64,000 nucleotides of DNA from assembly GCA_964016885.1 (NCBI GenBank), contig OZ024741.1, positions 221,960,001 through 222,024,000 of the forward strand. Reading direction: 5' to 3'. A model generated the notes under the pieces. It was not told where the DNA came from. It saw nothing but the letters and a program-made list of their open reading frames with translations, and ran no database searches. This DNA is from Eledone cirrhosa (lineage: Eukaryota). The position numbers were made by a program, and so were the translations under genes. Positions 37,989 to 50,998 of this stretch are shown here, piece after piece (positions within the stretch are counted from its first letter, which is position 1; every line of letters starts with the position of its first letter).

Positions 37989-39252
37989 TAGAGAGGTTCT
38001 TAGAGAAGAATAAGCCACTATACTTAGCCTTTGTTGACCGAGAGAAGGCCTTTGATAGGGTAACCCGATCTGTCATCTGGTGGTCCCTAAGGAAACTAGG
38101 TGTTGAGAAATGGCTTGTGAGGACAGTGCAAACTTTATACAGAGGTACTCTCAGTAAAGTCAGGATAGGAATGGAGTTTAGTGAGGAATTCCAGATACAA
38201 GTAGGAGTACATCAAGGTTCGGTCCTCAGCCCGCTCTTGTTCATTATAGTCCTCCAAACCATAACAGAGGAGTTTAAGACTGGCTGTCCATGGGAACTTC
38301 TCTATGCTGACGATCTGGTTCTTATAGCAGAATCAGTAGAGGAGCTAGAGAATAAATTCTGGCTATGGAAACAGCAGTTGGAAGCAAGAGGACTGAGAGT
38401 GAACCTAGCTAAGACAAAAGTGTTGTTGAGTAGAAAAGAGGACAAAACTCTGATTCCGTCAGGGAAATGGCCATGTTCGATATGCAGAAAAGGAACTGGC
38501 ATAAATTCTATAAAATGCACACAATGCAGATCCTGAGTACACAAGAGATGTAGCGGGATAGCAGGCAAACTAACAGGTAGAAGTCGCATTGATAGACACA
38601 TTTTTCAAATGCAGGAGGGTGCTATAGAAGTGGTGGATAGCTTCCGGTACCTAGGAGATCAGATTAGCATGGGAGGAGGGTGTTCCGAGGCCATAGTATC
38701 TAGAATAAGGACGGGTTGGAAGAAGTTTAGGGAGCTGCTTCCTCTGCTGACGAAGAAGGGTTTCTCCCTGCGTACGAAAGGCTGGTTATATCATGCCTGT
38801 GTGAGGAGCGCGATGCTGCATGGTAGTGAGACATGGGCAGCAACTGCAGAGGATATGTGACGGCTGGAGAGAAATGAGGCAAGCATGTTCCGTTGGATGT
38901 GCAGTGTAAATGTGCGTGAACGACCCAGCATGAATGTGTTGAGAGAGAAACTGTGTCTGATGGGGATAGAATGTAGTGTACGGGAGAGGAGACTGAGGTG
39001 GTATGGACATATCATGCGCATGGAGGATGACCGATGGGTGAAGAAGTGCCAGGAAATGCCAGTTGAAGGAAGATGTGGTAGAGGTAGACTACGAAAAACA
39101 TGGGCGGAGGTGGTGAGAACAGACCTCAGATCGTTGAAGCTCACGGTGGAGATGACGAAGGACCGTGACGAGTGGAGAGATGCTGTGCTGAATAAGACTC
39201 ATCCCACCCTTGCAAGCAGGGAAGAGCGGACGTAAAATGATGATGATGATGA
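37989..39252 (+). mobile_element. RTE LINE, 5'-truncated, same family as 10647-13608
   Basis: AFVDREKAFD, GVHQGSVLSP, intact YADD, GAT tail. Confidence 0.95.
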
Positions 39253-40160
39253 TCCACTGATATGGATTCTGAACACGTGCACATTCTTAGGTCACATTAA
39301 TGTCAACTGCAGGAATTGGTGATAAGTTACACAAAAGTGTGATGATCAATGACCTGGAAGTTGGCTTACCATGAGATTAGTCCGAAGAATAAAACCCAAA
39401 TCCTATGTTGACGGATATTCGTACTCTCAGCATGTTAATTGTAACATACCGTCTTTGAGAGTAGAGTTTATTTTGTCAATATTTCGAGGTGTCAGATCGT
39501 GGGAAGATTAACACGAATTAAGATGTAACTTCTCCCCTATTATTGACACTTTGCAACAGTGAACGTTACAAGGCCCTCTTTAGGGCCAACACTTCTGATT
39601 GTTTATCCGACTTATTATGGTGTGTTTTTCTTGGATTATGTCTACTATAGGGCGGAAACGGGATGGTTTTATTGAATTGCTTCAGTCATTCGAATGGCTT
39701 TACAAATGGTGATATACCGGGTGCTTGAACAGTACCTGAATATGTTCACTTGGTTATAATTTCTTCAATAATTGCGATGACTTCCTCAATTGTTCTGTGT
39801 TTGTTCTTGAGCGCTAAGGCAGTAAGTTTGCTATTCTTATACATAAGTTTGTTGAATAAGTTTCAAGCTCAAACTTCCCAGGCTTATTCACTCTGAATGA
39901 AGAAAGCTGGATGGAAGAAGGACTTATGATAGTTCCACACAAAAAATTGATCTGCCATAAACACACCTAGCAAAGGTTGCTATTGAAAATCCAGTATGGG
40001 CACCCAGGGTCGCTAGCATTTTCAGGTGCACTGGGAACTGCAAATAACCCCACCTTCCCTTGGTATTACTGGGTACTGCAGCTAGTATAATATATATGTG
40101 AATCAATCAGGGTAACCACAGTTAGTAAAGTACTCAGTACATTAGTAGAGTTTAAACATC

Positions 40161-40255
40161 AAGTTTAATATAGAAATGGCTTCAACAGGACTAGAACTGT
40201 TTCATTGAAAAGAAATCAGTTCTAGTCCTGTAGAAGCCATTTCTATATTAAACTT
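40161..40255. repeat. Hairpin with 39-bp arms
   Basis: AAGTTTAATATAGAAATGGCTTCAACAGGACTAGAACTG / CAGTTCTAGTCCTGTAGAAGCCATTTCTATATTAAACTT, one mismatch, 17-nt loop. Confidence 0.9.
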
Positions 40256-40699
40256 TATATATATATATATATTAATTTGAACAATGTCAGTATTCCGTGT
40301 GTCATAATTCTCGATTATCATTGGTTCATAGGTTTCAAACGACTCCGCCCACCTCAACGACGCCAAACTTAAATTAATATGCATAATGCCAATGAGGGAG
40401 TGAGAGGGGAGAGTAAGAAACAGAGAGGCAAAGTGAACGCTGTTGGATACACTATGTATATGTGTCAGTGTAGAGACATGTGTGTGTAATGTGTGTGGAA
40501 ATAAGAGGGGAAGGAAAGCAATAACTATTAACATGTGTGCTTGTGTATGTACGTGCGCGTATGTTTATGTGTGTGTGCGTATGTGCAGCGTTCCACAGAA
40601 AGTAAAAACTACCAACATGTGTGAGTGTGTGCGTTTCCATGCGTGTATGTGTGTGTACGTGTGGCGTTCCACAATTGCCATGCAGTTTGTCTGTGTGCC

Positions 40700-41411
40700 T
40701 GTCTGTCAGTCTAACATACACAGAGTTGTGAAGGGAGTAAATAGCGACCTTTTTTTACATTGACGGACATCTTTTATATTTATTATTGTCATTTTTTGAC
40801 AATTGCTCGAAATGAATGCTGATAATAAAAGCAATTCGACTTTATCAAACAGTGAACTACAGCGGCGACAGCGTGCAGCCAGGAATGAAGAGAAATGGGC
40901 CGAACAGCGCCATCGGAACGCCAAACTTCAGAGGCGAAGACGTGCCGCCATGAATGAAGAGGAGCTGGCTGAACAACGCCAACGAAACACTGGAGCCAAG
41001 CAGCGACGGCGTGCTGCGATGGTTGAAGACGAACTGGTTGAGCATCATCTTTTATATTAATTATCTATATCTACATATAATATAAAAGATTGGAACTTCC
41101 ATCATCCTTTTGAGAAACATGGAACAACCACGTCTATGCTATGATACACGTTTTACAGTCAGGCAGAAGATGAACCATCTCCTAGAGGTCACTATTCTAG
41201 GTGGGAGCACTTCAAATTGTTCATATACTATGCACAAACGGTCAACGAAGAATCTGGTATATCTGGAAGATTTTTTTACTGTTTTTTGTATCACACAGAC
41301 ACCACGGACTCACCTCATACTGTAACCAGACAAACATCCAATACAGTCATTTTCTCTTTTACCTGTCTTCTCTTATCTGTTTACCTGGGCGAAGCTGGGT
41401 ACGTCAGCTAG
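40700..41411 (+). mobile_element. Deleted Helitron: Arg/Glu-rich N-terminal repeats, helicase scrap and 3' terminus
   Basis: QRRRRAAMNEEELAEQRQRN repeats; LRNMEQPRLC..TR; CCTGGGCGAAGCTGGG hairpin followed by CTAG at ~41408-41411. Confidence 0.65.
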
Positions 41412-41478
41412 TATATATATATATATATATCATATGTACATATGATATATATATATATATATCATATGTACATATGTT

Positions 41479-41529
<51 letters not shown>

Positions 41530-41588
41530 CTTGCTTCTAATTCAATTTCCATAGGGTCACCTAGTCATAATTATTTATATATTTTCAG

Positions 41589-41642
41589 TTTGGAGTTAAT
41601 GTGTAACCCAGTTTCTACTAAATGTAATCATCATTTCTGCAA
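41589..41642 (+). CDS. BRCA1: BRCA1 coding exon 2 (RING)
   Basis: TTTTCAG|(C)[17 protein letters not shown](K)|GTAAGT, 54 nt, phase 2-2. Matches vertebrate CLELIKEPVSTKCDHIFCK. Confidence 0.93.
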
Positions 41643-41859
41643 GTAAGTATTCTGTCTTTTAACACTTTTTATACCAATTTTGTCTTTTTTTAAAAATGTT
41701 TATATTTATCTAAAAACCTTCTGACATAATTTTATGTGAGAACATTTGTTTCAAACAGCAACATATAGATATGAAAATTACTAAATTGCTACAAATTCCT
41801 TAGAAATATGGTAACAAAAATGTTATTGCTTTCTTTACCCACATTAATTACAGCCACTG

Positions 41860-42376
41860 AGGTTTCTCTGCATTTTTTTATGTAGCTGCTATCTTTTTAT
41901 GCATCACATATCCATACCAATGTGGTTTTCTCTCAGTTCATTTATGCTATGTCGTTCATGCACACTAACAATATACATCCATTGCAGCATATGCGCTTCG
42001 TTAATTTTCAGCCATCGTAGGTCTTCTGTGGTCAAGACTCATGTTTCACTGCCATATACCATTGCAGTTCGCACACATGCATCATACAGTCTACTCATCA
42101 CTCTGAGAGAAACCCTTTGTTAGCAATAGTAACGGCATCTTCCAACTTGTTCTTATCGTAGCTATCATACTCCCCCCTGCTAATTAGATCATATAGGTAA
42201 CAAAAGCTGTCAACAGCTTCTAAGGAACCTCCCTGGCAACTGAAGGAATCTGTTTCATGTGATCTTAGAGCTTACGTCTCATGTGATCTTAGAGCTTACG
42301 TCTCATGTGCTTCTGCCACATACAAAGTCTATCTTTTCCATTTACCTACCTGCAATCCTATTACATCTCTTGTGCG
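41860..42376 (-). mobile_element. Degraded RTE LINE fragment
   Basis: KGFSQ..LYDACVRTAMVYGSET..EDLR. Confidence 0.7.
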
Positions 42377-42479
42377 TCTATATATATATATATATGCACA
42401 CACACACACAACATTTTTTCATTTTTCATGCTCAGTTGCTAAAGCATGGAACAAACTAGCTGCATCAGTTGTTCACAAT

Positions 42480-42760
42480 AATTTTATTATTATTCTTTGA
42501 GTGTCTCAGTCATTGATATTATTTAACTGGAATGTTTGTTGAAATGAATATCAAGCCGCTACCTGCAGCCTCAGATATTCAGGACGTATCGGAGGGTTCT
42601 TGCTGTTCCCAGCAAGCATGGCTTTTGAAGTGTTCCAAAAAAACGGGGCTGGACTAATCTTCTTTAACCATCCTTGGGAACTCTTTGAGATAGTACCTAG
42701 TGCTCCTATGACAATCGGGACAACTTGATTTCATGGTTATTCCAAATCCTTTTTAACTCA
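42480..42760 (-). mobile_element. R4/Dong-like non-LTR retrotransposon 3' end
   Basis: VVPIVIGALGTISK..LQKPCLLGTARTLRYVLNI*, a short UTR and TAA-rich flanks. Confidence 0.65.
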
Positions 42761-43638
42761 TCATCATCATTATTATTATTATTATTATTGTTGTTATTAA
42801 TAATAATATATATATATAAAAACGCACATATATATATCAACGTCATTATCATAATGTCCATTTTTCCCCTCTAGCATGGGTTAGATGATTTGTCCTGTTG
42901 TGAGACAAGTCAGAACAGATGACTATCTTGCTTATACAGAATAGTTTCTGGCTTGGTTTCTACAACTGGATGCCTTTCTTAATGCCAACCACATTACAGT
43001 GTGGTGTGTGCATGTGTGTGTGTGTATATATATATATATGGTGGCTGCCAACTCCTTTTCGAGTACGGCCACTACTTTATATCCATGTAGGAGAACCCCT
43101 ACCGATGCGCTGAACGAGTGTGACATTTTAGTCCAGCCAGCGACTTGAAAACTCTGGTACAAACACTACACTTGTGACAATTATTGACACATAGTGCTGA
43201 GCCCATGGTACCATGTGACGACAAGTGCAGAGAGATCTCCAGATATAAAGCAATGCCTGTGCCGTGAAGCTTTTATAGTGAGCAAAGGCACTGCACAAAG
43301 CCAGTCCCACTCTCTTAACCAAGATGATATTTACCAAAAAGAAGAACAAGTCAACATCATTGGATACCATCAGGGTTGCAGGTGTTATATCAGAGTTTTC
43401 CTTCTCCTAGAATTCTGCCTTGACAAAGGCTAAGGGGTCATCTCTCCCAGTGATTTTGGATGGCCATTGACTCTTAAGAGCTCCTTTGCCCTTTGACAGG
43501 TTTTGTTTTTAGTCCTGCAGGATGTCCAAAGTCACCCTCCTCACCAAGAAACCTTGCCAGTTTAGTCGCCAACGACCCGACCATGAGACAGGTTGTACTG
43601 GGATACATGTTACCAGTAGCACCAACTGGTGACCTGAC

Positions 43639-43671
<33 letters not shown>

Positions 43672-44268
43672 CACACACACACACACACATATATATATTG
43701 ATCATAACCCTTTGATGCAAATTTGGCACTAAAATACCAAGAGCAGAGGGAACTCACATAGATATTGTTATAGATACAGCATTATTACATATGCGTACAT
43801 ACACACGCACACACATATATGTATTAGTTGGCTTGGTTGGTTAAAGTGTCGTGCTTATGTGAACATAGTAGGCCACACATCTTCAGACAACCATGACTGC
43901 ACCTTTTTCTTTTTATCATAATAATGATTCAAAGTGATTTAAATGTCAAAGGAAAGTAAATATGTTTATATAATTTTTGTTTTTTCACCATCATCATTTA
44001 ACATGATTTTCCATGCTGGCATGATTTGTATGTCATCACAAACCAAGACATTGCTTTATCAAAGCTTCTGACTTCCCAAATGGACTGGGGGGGCCATGTT
44101 TTGCTTACATTCAATCTTTGTTTGGCATTGTTTCTATGGCTGGATGCTCTTCCTATCACCAACTACTTTACAGAGTGTATTGGGTGCATTCTTCAGTAAC
44201 GCACTGCTGCTGCCTCCTCCTCCTTCTTTCTGTTTCTTATATTTGCAGTTATCTTTATATTTTCATAG

Positions 44269-44343
44269 ATTTTGCATCATTGAATTCATTCACAAGAAAA
44301 GACAGGTACCATGCCCCATATGTAAGGTTGCATTAACGAAGAG
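44269..44343 (+). CDS. BRCA1: BRCA1 coding exon 3 (RING)
   Basis: TTTCATAG|(K)FCIIEFIHKKRQVPCPICKVALTK(R)|GTAAAT, 75 nt, phase 2-2. Confidence 0.93.
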
Positions 44344-45277
44344 GTAAATATCTTTTTTACCCATAACATCCTGTAACGATTTAGCAGAAAATATCTAAAA
44401 ATAGGTTTGCTAATTCAAATATTTATAGTATATTTACTACAAGACAGATTGTTTTGAAAATTCGCAGTTTATCTTTTAATATCCTGTAATAATTTAGCAT
44501 AAAATATCTAAAAGCAGGTTTGTTAATTCAAATGTTTATAGTATCTTTACTAGTAGACGGATTGTTGTGAAATTTTAGAGTAAAGAATGTCTTGCTAATG
44601 TGGTTAAATGTGGTTTGGTAATTGAAATGTTTACAGTATCATTACTAGTGGGCAGGTTATTATGAAAATTTGCAGTATTAGAGTAAACACTTTACTATTT
44701 AATGTGGTACAATCAGTGTTGTTTTGTACTTTTTAAGAATGTCTGCTAATGTAGTCTTGTTAAAAGTGAAAGAAATTTCTGGAAATGCTTTTTTTCTTCT
44801 ACCCACAAGCTATTAAACTTAAAATCTATTATTTAACTCTTTCCATACCAACCTAGTTGAAAACTGGCACTGATTCTATGAAACAAAACAACCTATTTTA
44901 AAATGTTCCTATTTAACCCGTTTGGTACCAATGCAGCTAAAACCATTTCTGGTTCTATGAAACAAAACCACCCATTTTAAAGAGTTTGTATTTAATATTA
45001 AGGTTTTTAATAATTTTATATAAGAATCTTTTTATCGTGATGCCAGTATTACCACTTTACAGAGTGTACTAGAAGCATTTTATTATGACACCCAAATTAC
45101 CATTTTACAGTGTGTATTGGGTGCATTTTATTGTGGCACCGGCACAATCACTTTACAAAGTGGACTGGGTGTATTTTATCATGGCATTACATTACAATTA
45201 ATGTAAACAAATTTTAAGATTATAACGAACTTGACAGATGTATCCCATATGAATTATAATTTCTCTCATTTCAACAG

Positions 45278-45351
45278 GAGTTTTCAAGAAAACAGTAAAC
45301 TGGGAAAAATTATTGAAAAGCTGAAAAATCTGTTGACTGTCATGGCAAAAG
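45278..45351 (+). CDS. BRCA1: BRCA1 coding exon 4 (post-RING helix)
   Basis: TTTCAACAG|(R)SFQENSKLGKIIEKLKNLLTVMAK|GTACAC, phase 2-1. Compare vertebrate RSLQESTRFSQLVEEL. Confidence 0.85.
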
Positions 45352-46086
45352 GTACACATTATATTCCTTTATAGTTTCATTCTTTTAACTGTGTCAAGTC
45401 ATGTGCTGAAGTTATGCTGGGGCAACACCATATGTATAAGGATGTTTTAATATGAACATCTATTGTTATAGCTAATCTCAGAATTAACATATGTTAGGAA
45501 CATATGTAAGTGAAATAATCCCCCCCCCCCCCCCCCCTTCCCCGGTCAAGTGAGAAGTCAGGAACTGCAATTATATAGTCTGTGATGACCCAACCAACCC
45601 TTGCAAGCAAGGAAAAGGGACATTAAATGATGATATGTGTGTATCTGGTTTTTCGATAGATACACCGTATCCCTTTTATTGTAAGAAGTGAATAAAAGAG
45701 TTTAATACATTGCCTCAAAAAGTGATTGTGATGATGTATGAGTTAAGGGCACCCTGTCATAGAAACCATGTCAAACAAAGGGTTGAGAGGACTCTTTTGT
45801 TGTGTCAAAACACAACCCCCTTTCTGTTGAACTGTTGCAAATATATTTAACTCTGTAAAATGGTTGGATATTAGGAAATTCATTCAGCTGTAGAAACCAT
45901 TTCAAAACTGGTATGTATGTAAACCAGATGTGGTCCCTGACCTATCTGGGAGGACAGCAGCTCTGATTAATTACTGTCCAACCCATGCAGCGATTTTCAT
46001 TGAGCAGTTGTGGACAACAAGGTCAACATAATTGCATGGGCTTCTATGCATCTACCATTATATTGATCTAAATTCCTATTATATAT

Positions 46087-47934
46087 AGCATGAATTAAAT
46101 GTCAGACAAAACAACAAGAAATTCTTGAATGCATATATTTACTGGCTGACAACTTGTTTCAGAAACCGAATCATTAATTTGTACATCGATATTATTACCG
46201 ATCCAGAAATCGATAAGCATACTGTGAAAACAAAAGCATGATTCGGTACCCTTTTCAGAGGCAAAAGTAAGGATTTAAATATTAATATATTAATTCAAAA
46301 ATAAATACATATCACTGAAGAAAAAATCCTACAATAAAGGCAATACTTGGTTAGAATTTTTTCACATGTGTATATATGGCAAAAATCCGTTATGCTGTCC
46401 AGGGTCATTGGTGGTTAGAAAGGCCGATGGAAGAATTCAAATGTTACCGGACGTGTGATTGCCAAAGGGGGATAATTAGTAATCAAGGGAGAAAAATTAG
46501 TAGTAATGTATAGCTAAATGTTAACTAATTATAATTTTAGAAAATTGATAATATGGTAAGAAGGGGTAAAAAACTAAATATACATTAGAAATAAAAGATC
46601 CAAATGAAGAGGTTATAAGAAATATATTTGATTATCACTGGATGACGATATGAAGGTCAAATCAGTAAGAATTCACTCTAAAAAAAGAATAAATAATTGT
46701 TTTTACTTTTGGCACAAGGCCAGCAATTACCCCAGTGTATTACTGGTGCTTTATTTTATCGACCTCTGTAAGGATGAAAAGCAAAGTTAACCTCGGCGTG
46801 ATTTGAACTCAGAACGTAAAGAACTGTAATAATATTGATGGCAATTACTTGGAGTGTACTAAAAAACAATTGAAAATAAAGGAAATAAAATAAAATAAGG
46901 TATATATAGATTAAAAGATATGTGCAAATAATAATATATAATATAAGGTTATATTAAAAATGAAAAAATAAAAGAGTCATTAACTACAGATAGGGTTGTA
47001 AGACAAAGGGTCTAGGTTCTACAGTAAAGCAGATACATAAGAAGTGGAGCTAAAATGAAATAGTATTAATATAAGATAGGAGAGGATAAGTAAAATCTGA
47101 AATAAGTAAAGCTTAGATTAGATAGGGGAGGAACAAATAACTAGTTAAAATGTGGAAGTAAGAAGCATGGGTAGAGGACACATATTCAAATATTGTGGAG
47201 GAGAGATAATAAATAAAACTAAATGAACCTAAGTGGGATCAAAAACTCTGTTAGCGAATGAGTATGCCAAATGGTGATAGCAGTTAATCACAATCTCAAT
47301 GTGGTCATTAATTGGGCAGGGTTTAGATAAAGTTATGAAATAAGCTTCAGATAAACATAGATCGCAATGATCCTTAAGTCCTTTGTATGGGGAGGATTTG
47401 GTTAAAATATCCCAAACTAGAGTGTATTCAATATTGGAGAGTTTATATTTACATGTCTAGCTAATGAAGTTGAGGATTTTAAGCTACTATTCCTAAATGT
47501 GTATGAGAATTAAAATGCGTTTTGAAAGGGTTAGCAGTAGCTCCAGTGTAAGTTTTACTGTCTTAGAGGTTTTAACAGTGCATCTATAAACTACATTATT
47601 AGTTACATTTACAGTTAACAGTAGCAGATAGTGTAGGCATAAGTGCAGAACTAAAAGATACTGGTGTCCACATGTGGACAAATTCTAACCAAGTATTGCC
47701 TTTATTGTAGGATTTTTTCTTCAGTGATATGTATTTATTTTTGAATTAATGTTTAAATCCTTACTTTTGGCTCTGAAGAATCATGATTTATTTTCACAGT
47801 ATGCTTATAGATTTCTGGATCGGTAATAATATCGATGTACAAATTAATGATTCAGTTTCCGAAACAAGTTGTCAGCCAGTAAATATATGTATTCAAAAAT
47901 TTCTTGTTGTTTTGTCTGACATTTAATTCATGCT
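46087..47934 (-). mobile_element. 5'-truncated Penelope-like element with inverted pseudo-LTRs
   Basis: Inverted repeats 46087-46370 / 47669-47934. GIY-YIG remnant at ~47250-47610 (NVVYRCTV..TYTGATANPFK..CDLCLSE). SINE inserted at ~46693-46828. Confidence 0.8.
47768..47878 (+). ncRNA. Degenerate hammerhead ribozyme in the pseudo-LTR (mirror copy 46143-46263, minus)
   Basis: TGGCT-CTGAAGA..GAAAC-AAGTT-GTC-AGCCA. Stem II is partly deleted here but retained in the mirror copy. Confidence 0.6.
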
Positions 47935-48494
47935 TTTTAGCTCTGCTTATAATAATTTTGCTAGACATATTTTCTTCGAATTACTCGCTTTGTTCGCTTG
48001 TCTTGCAAACTATATGTATCAAGCACACTAACCTTCTCTCGGCTGGCTTGTAATCTTCTTAACTAATCACTTATCTCTCCTCTTTGATTGGTTTGCTTTA
48101 CCCCATCCACACCGCCCCCTTCTATGTAAAGTTATGTTGGTGCCACACCATCCAGGCCGAAACAAATGAGATCGTGTAGGTGTCACGACAAAAAAACACA
48201 CAGTCCACGATGTAATGTGGCCGTGTAGGCAACACGGTAAAAACCTCCCAGACCCACACTGTAAATGTGGTTGGTGTTAGGAAGGGCATCCAACTGTAGA
48301 AAACCTGCCAGACAGTCCTATGCGAGCAAGACAATCACTCTTGCCTCAAGTGGGAAAACCCCCGTCCAAACCCATGCAAGTGTGGAACACGGACGTTAAA
48401 CGTTGATGATGATGATGATGATGTATATATGATAAAGTTATAGCTGTATAGATACAGAGTGTGTAACTGAGACTGCTCAAATGTATATGAATAC

Positions 48495-49750
48495 TAGCAG
48501 CAGTACCCAGCGTTGCCTGGGTAGGTAAAATAATATCTGCTTTGATGAAAAGGTGTTGATCTTAGCGACTGCGAGTTTCTTGAAAATCGGTCGTAAGGTG
48601 TAGCAAATGGCGAAATGTTGAGTGAAATCGTATGGAATATGTGGGAGGTGGAAAAAATCGTATTTTGAAAAGTTAAACGGCTGCCACGCCGTCCCTGAAC
48701 AAAAAATGCAAAGTGTAAAGCTACTATAAGCTGTGCAATGATAGGTTCTATCCTAGTATAAAAGTTGAACCGGATAAATTGATTTATGTGTGAGGTGGAG
48801 CTGAAGTTTCGAATTTGAACGAAATCAGTTGAAAAATGTGGGAGCTAATGATAGGTTCTATCGTAGTATAAAAGTTGAACCAAATAAATTGATTTATATG
48901 TGAGGTGGAGCCGAAGTTTTGAATTTGAAAAATGTGGGAGCTAGAGCCGAAAAGACAGAAATTTGAGCGAAAAGGTAGTATTTTCGAATATTTAAGAGGC
49001 TACCACGCCGTCCCTGAACAAAAAATCCAAAATGTAAAGCCACTTTAACCCTTTAGTGTTCAAACCGGCCAAAACCGGCCAGAGTTCTCAACCTCTTTCT
49101 GTTGAAACTGGCTGTAACTGGTCGCTCAAACTGATGTTAAGGTATTGTTCTCAAAATAAATACTTTCAAAATCTCATAGATTCGATATTATGTGAGATAA
49201 TTACGTGAGGTAAAGCCTTTACCATGAAGATATAATAGTATATATAGAGTAATGTGAATGCTAAAGGGTTAAGACATGAAATAATCAGATCTAGCGTAGA
49301 GTAAAATTTGAACAAAGTAGGTTGATTAATGTGGGAGCTAGAGCCGGAAAAGTGGAAATTTGAGTCTAAAAGTGGTATTTTTGAATATTTAAACAGCTGC
49401 CACGACGTCCCTGAACAACAAATGCAAAATATAAAGCCATTACAAGATGTGCAATGATAAATTCTATTTTGCTTTAAAATTTGAACAAAATCGGTGGCAA
49501 AATGTGGGAGCTAGAGCCAAAAATCTTATTTTTCGATACTTAAAAAAAGGTGACCCCCCACTATCGATTTTTATCTGCAGAATGACCCCGGAATAAAAAA
49601 AACGATATGCTGATATATAGAAAACACTCCCCGCTGACTAATCTATGAGCCTGTAAAGTTTCATGAAAATCGGTCGTAAGATGTAGGCCCCTATAGGTAA
49701 TACACACACACACACACACACACACATAATTTTATATATATACAGATATA
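48495..49750 (-). mobile_element. Non-autonomous Helitron with internal repeats
   Basis: CTAG plus hairpin TACCCAGCGTTGCCTGGGTA at ~48495-48523. CCACG(C/A)CGTCCCTGAACA occurs three times and ATGTGGGAGCTA four times. Confidence 0.7.
49049..49268. mobile_element. piggyBac-type MITE
   Basis: TTAA|CCCTTTAG...CTAAAGGG|TTAA. Sibling at 50777-50994 and a partial copy at ~23262-23380. Confidence 0.85.
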
Positions 49751-50998
49751 CACATTTAATATGTAGGCATGTAATGACTTTACATATATATATGATTGAC
49801 AGACTGTATTTTCTTTCTGTGAAAAATATTTCTTTTCTTTTTTTTCTTACTCTCACCTATCTTTCTATTTCATCTCTCATTCTACCTGCAAAGGGACTAA
49901 TGTCAGAAACATTAAGACTCTTTTCTTACTATAATTAAGCGTTAATCCGATATGTTGATTTTCCTTGTTTACTTTTGGGATATATATATAACAGCAAATG
50001 AACAGCACCTCCTTATAGCTCTGAATAAACTTTTCAAAGACTCATAGCCATGTTGTAAAGGTATGAATAAATGAACACACGTTGTTACAACAATATCGTC
50101 ATGGTTTCAACCTTGCTGCGTGGCATATTGAACAAGTGTTGTCTATAGTCTCAGGTTGACCAAAACCTTGTGAGTGAAATTTGAAAAAAACCTGTCGTAT
50201 GTAGATTCTACAAAATTTATATTTCTGCATTTGGTTACAAATTTTAAACTCTATTTGAAGCCTAGAGTCTTATGTAGTTGGAGCTGATAATTGTTTCTAC
50301 TTTTGGCACAAGGCCAGCAATTACCACAGTGCATTACTGGTGCTTTATTTTATCGACCTCGTAAGGATGAAAGGCAAAGTTAACATCAACGGGATTTGAA
50401 CTCAGATCGTAAAGTGCGTAACTCTATGCTGTAAAGCATGGCGTCCGACCGTCTGCCAATACTGCCAAACCACCACCTTTGGTTTAATAATGTTAATCAT
50501 ATCACCTAAAATTTTCTATACATTTTGGAAAATAGACATTAAACAGTAACAATGATGATAAATACTGTAAAATAATTTTGTATCATAGACTCACAGTTAG
50601 TTTTAAGTTGTTTGGTATCAAATGAGTTTCACTCTGTTAACCCTTTTATTACGATATTTCTAATGAAAGATACTGCCTAAATATACATGGTATAAGCAGA
50701 ATCAGGGATAAAAATCAATAATTGATTTTGTTATTATCTCTGATCTTTTTGATTCTGTGCTTGATGTTTGTGTTAACTTTTTAGCATTTAAACCGGCTGT
50801 ATCCAGCCAGAATTCTCTCACCTCTTTCTTTTCAAACTGGCTGCAATTGGTCACTCATACTGACATTAAGGAATTGTTCTCAAAATAAATATCAAAATCT
50901 GATAGATTCGAACTTGTAAGAGACAATCATGTGAGATAAAGCTTTTACTGTTAAAATATAATAGTAAATAAAGAGTAATGTAAATGCTAAAGGGTTAA

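Noticed and set aside
39300-39900. Possible degraded minus-strand coding sequence
   Set aside because: Frequent stops and no motif I recognise.
43370-43636. HDV-like or twister ribozyme in an RTE-5'-UTR-like segment
   Set aside because: Some complementary blocks exist, but I could not assemble a consistent nested double pseudoknot by eye. An Infernal search would be needed.
49885-49920. Third hammerhead (CCTGCAAAGGGACTAATGTCAGAAACATTA)
   Set aside because: The CUGANGA core is not matched; at most a dead relic.
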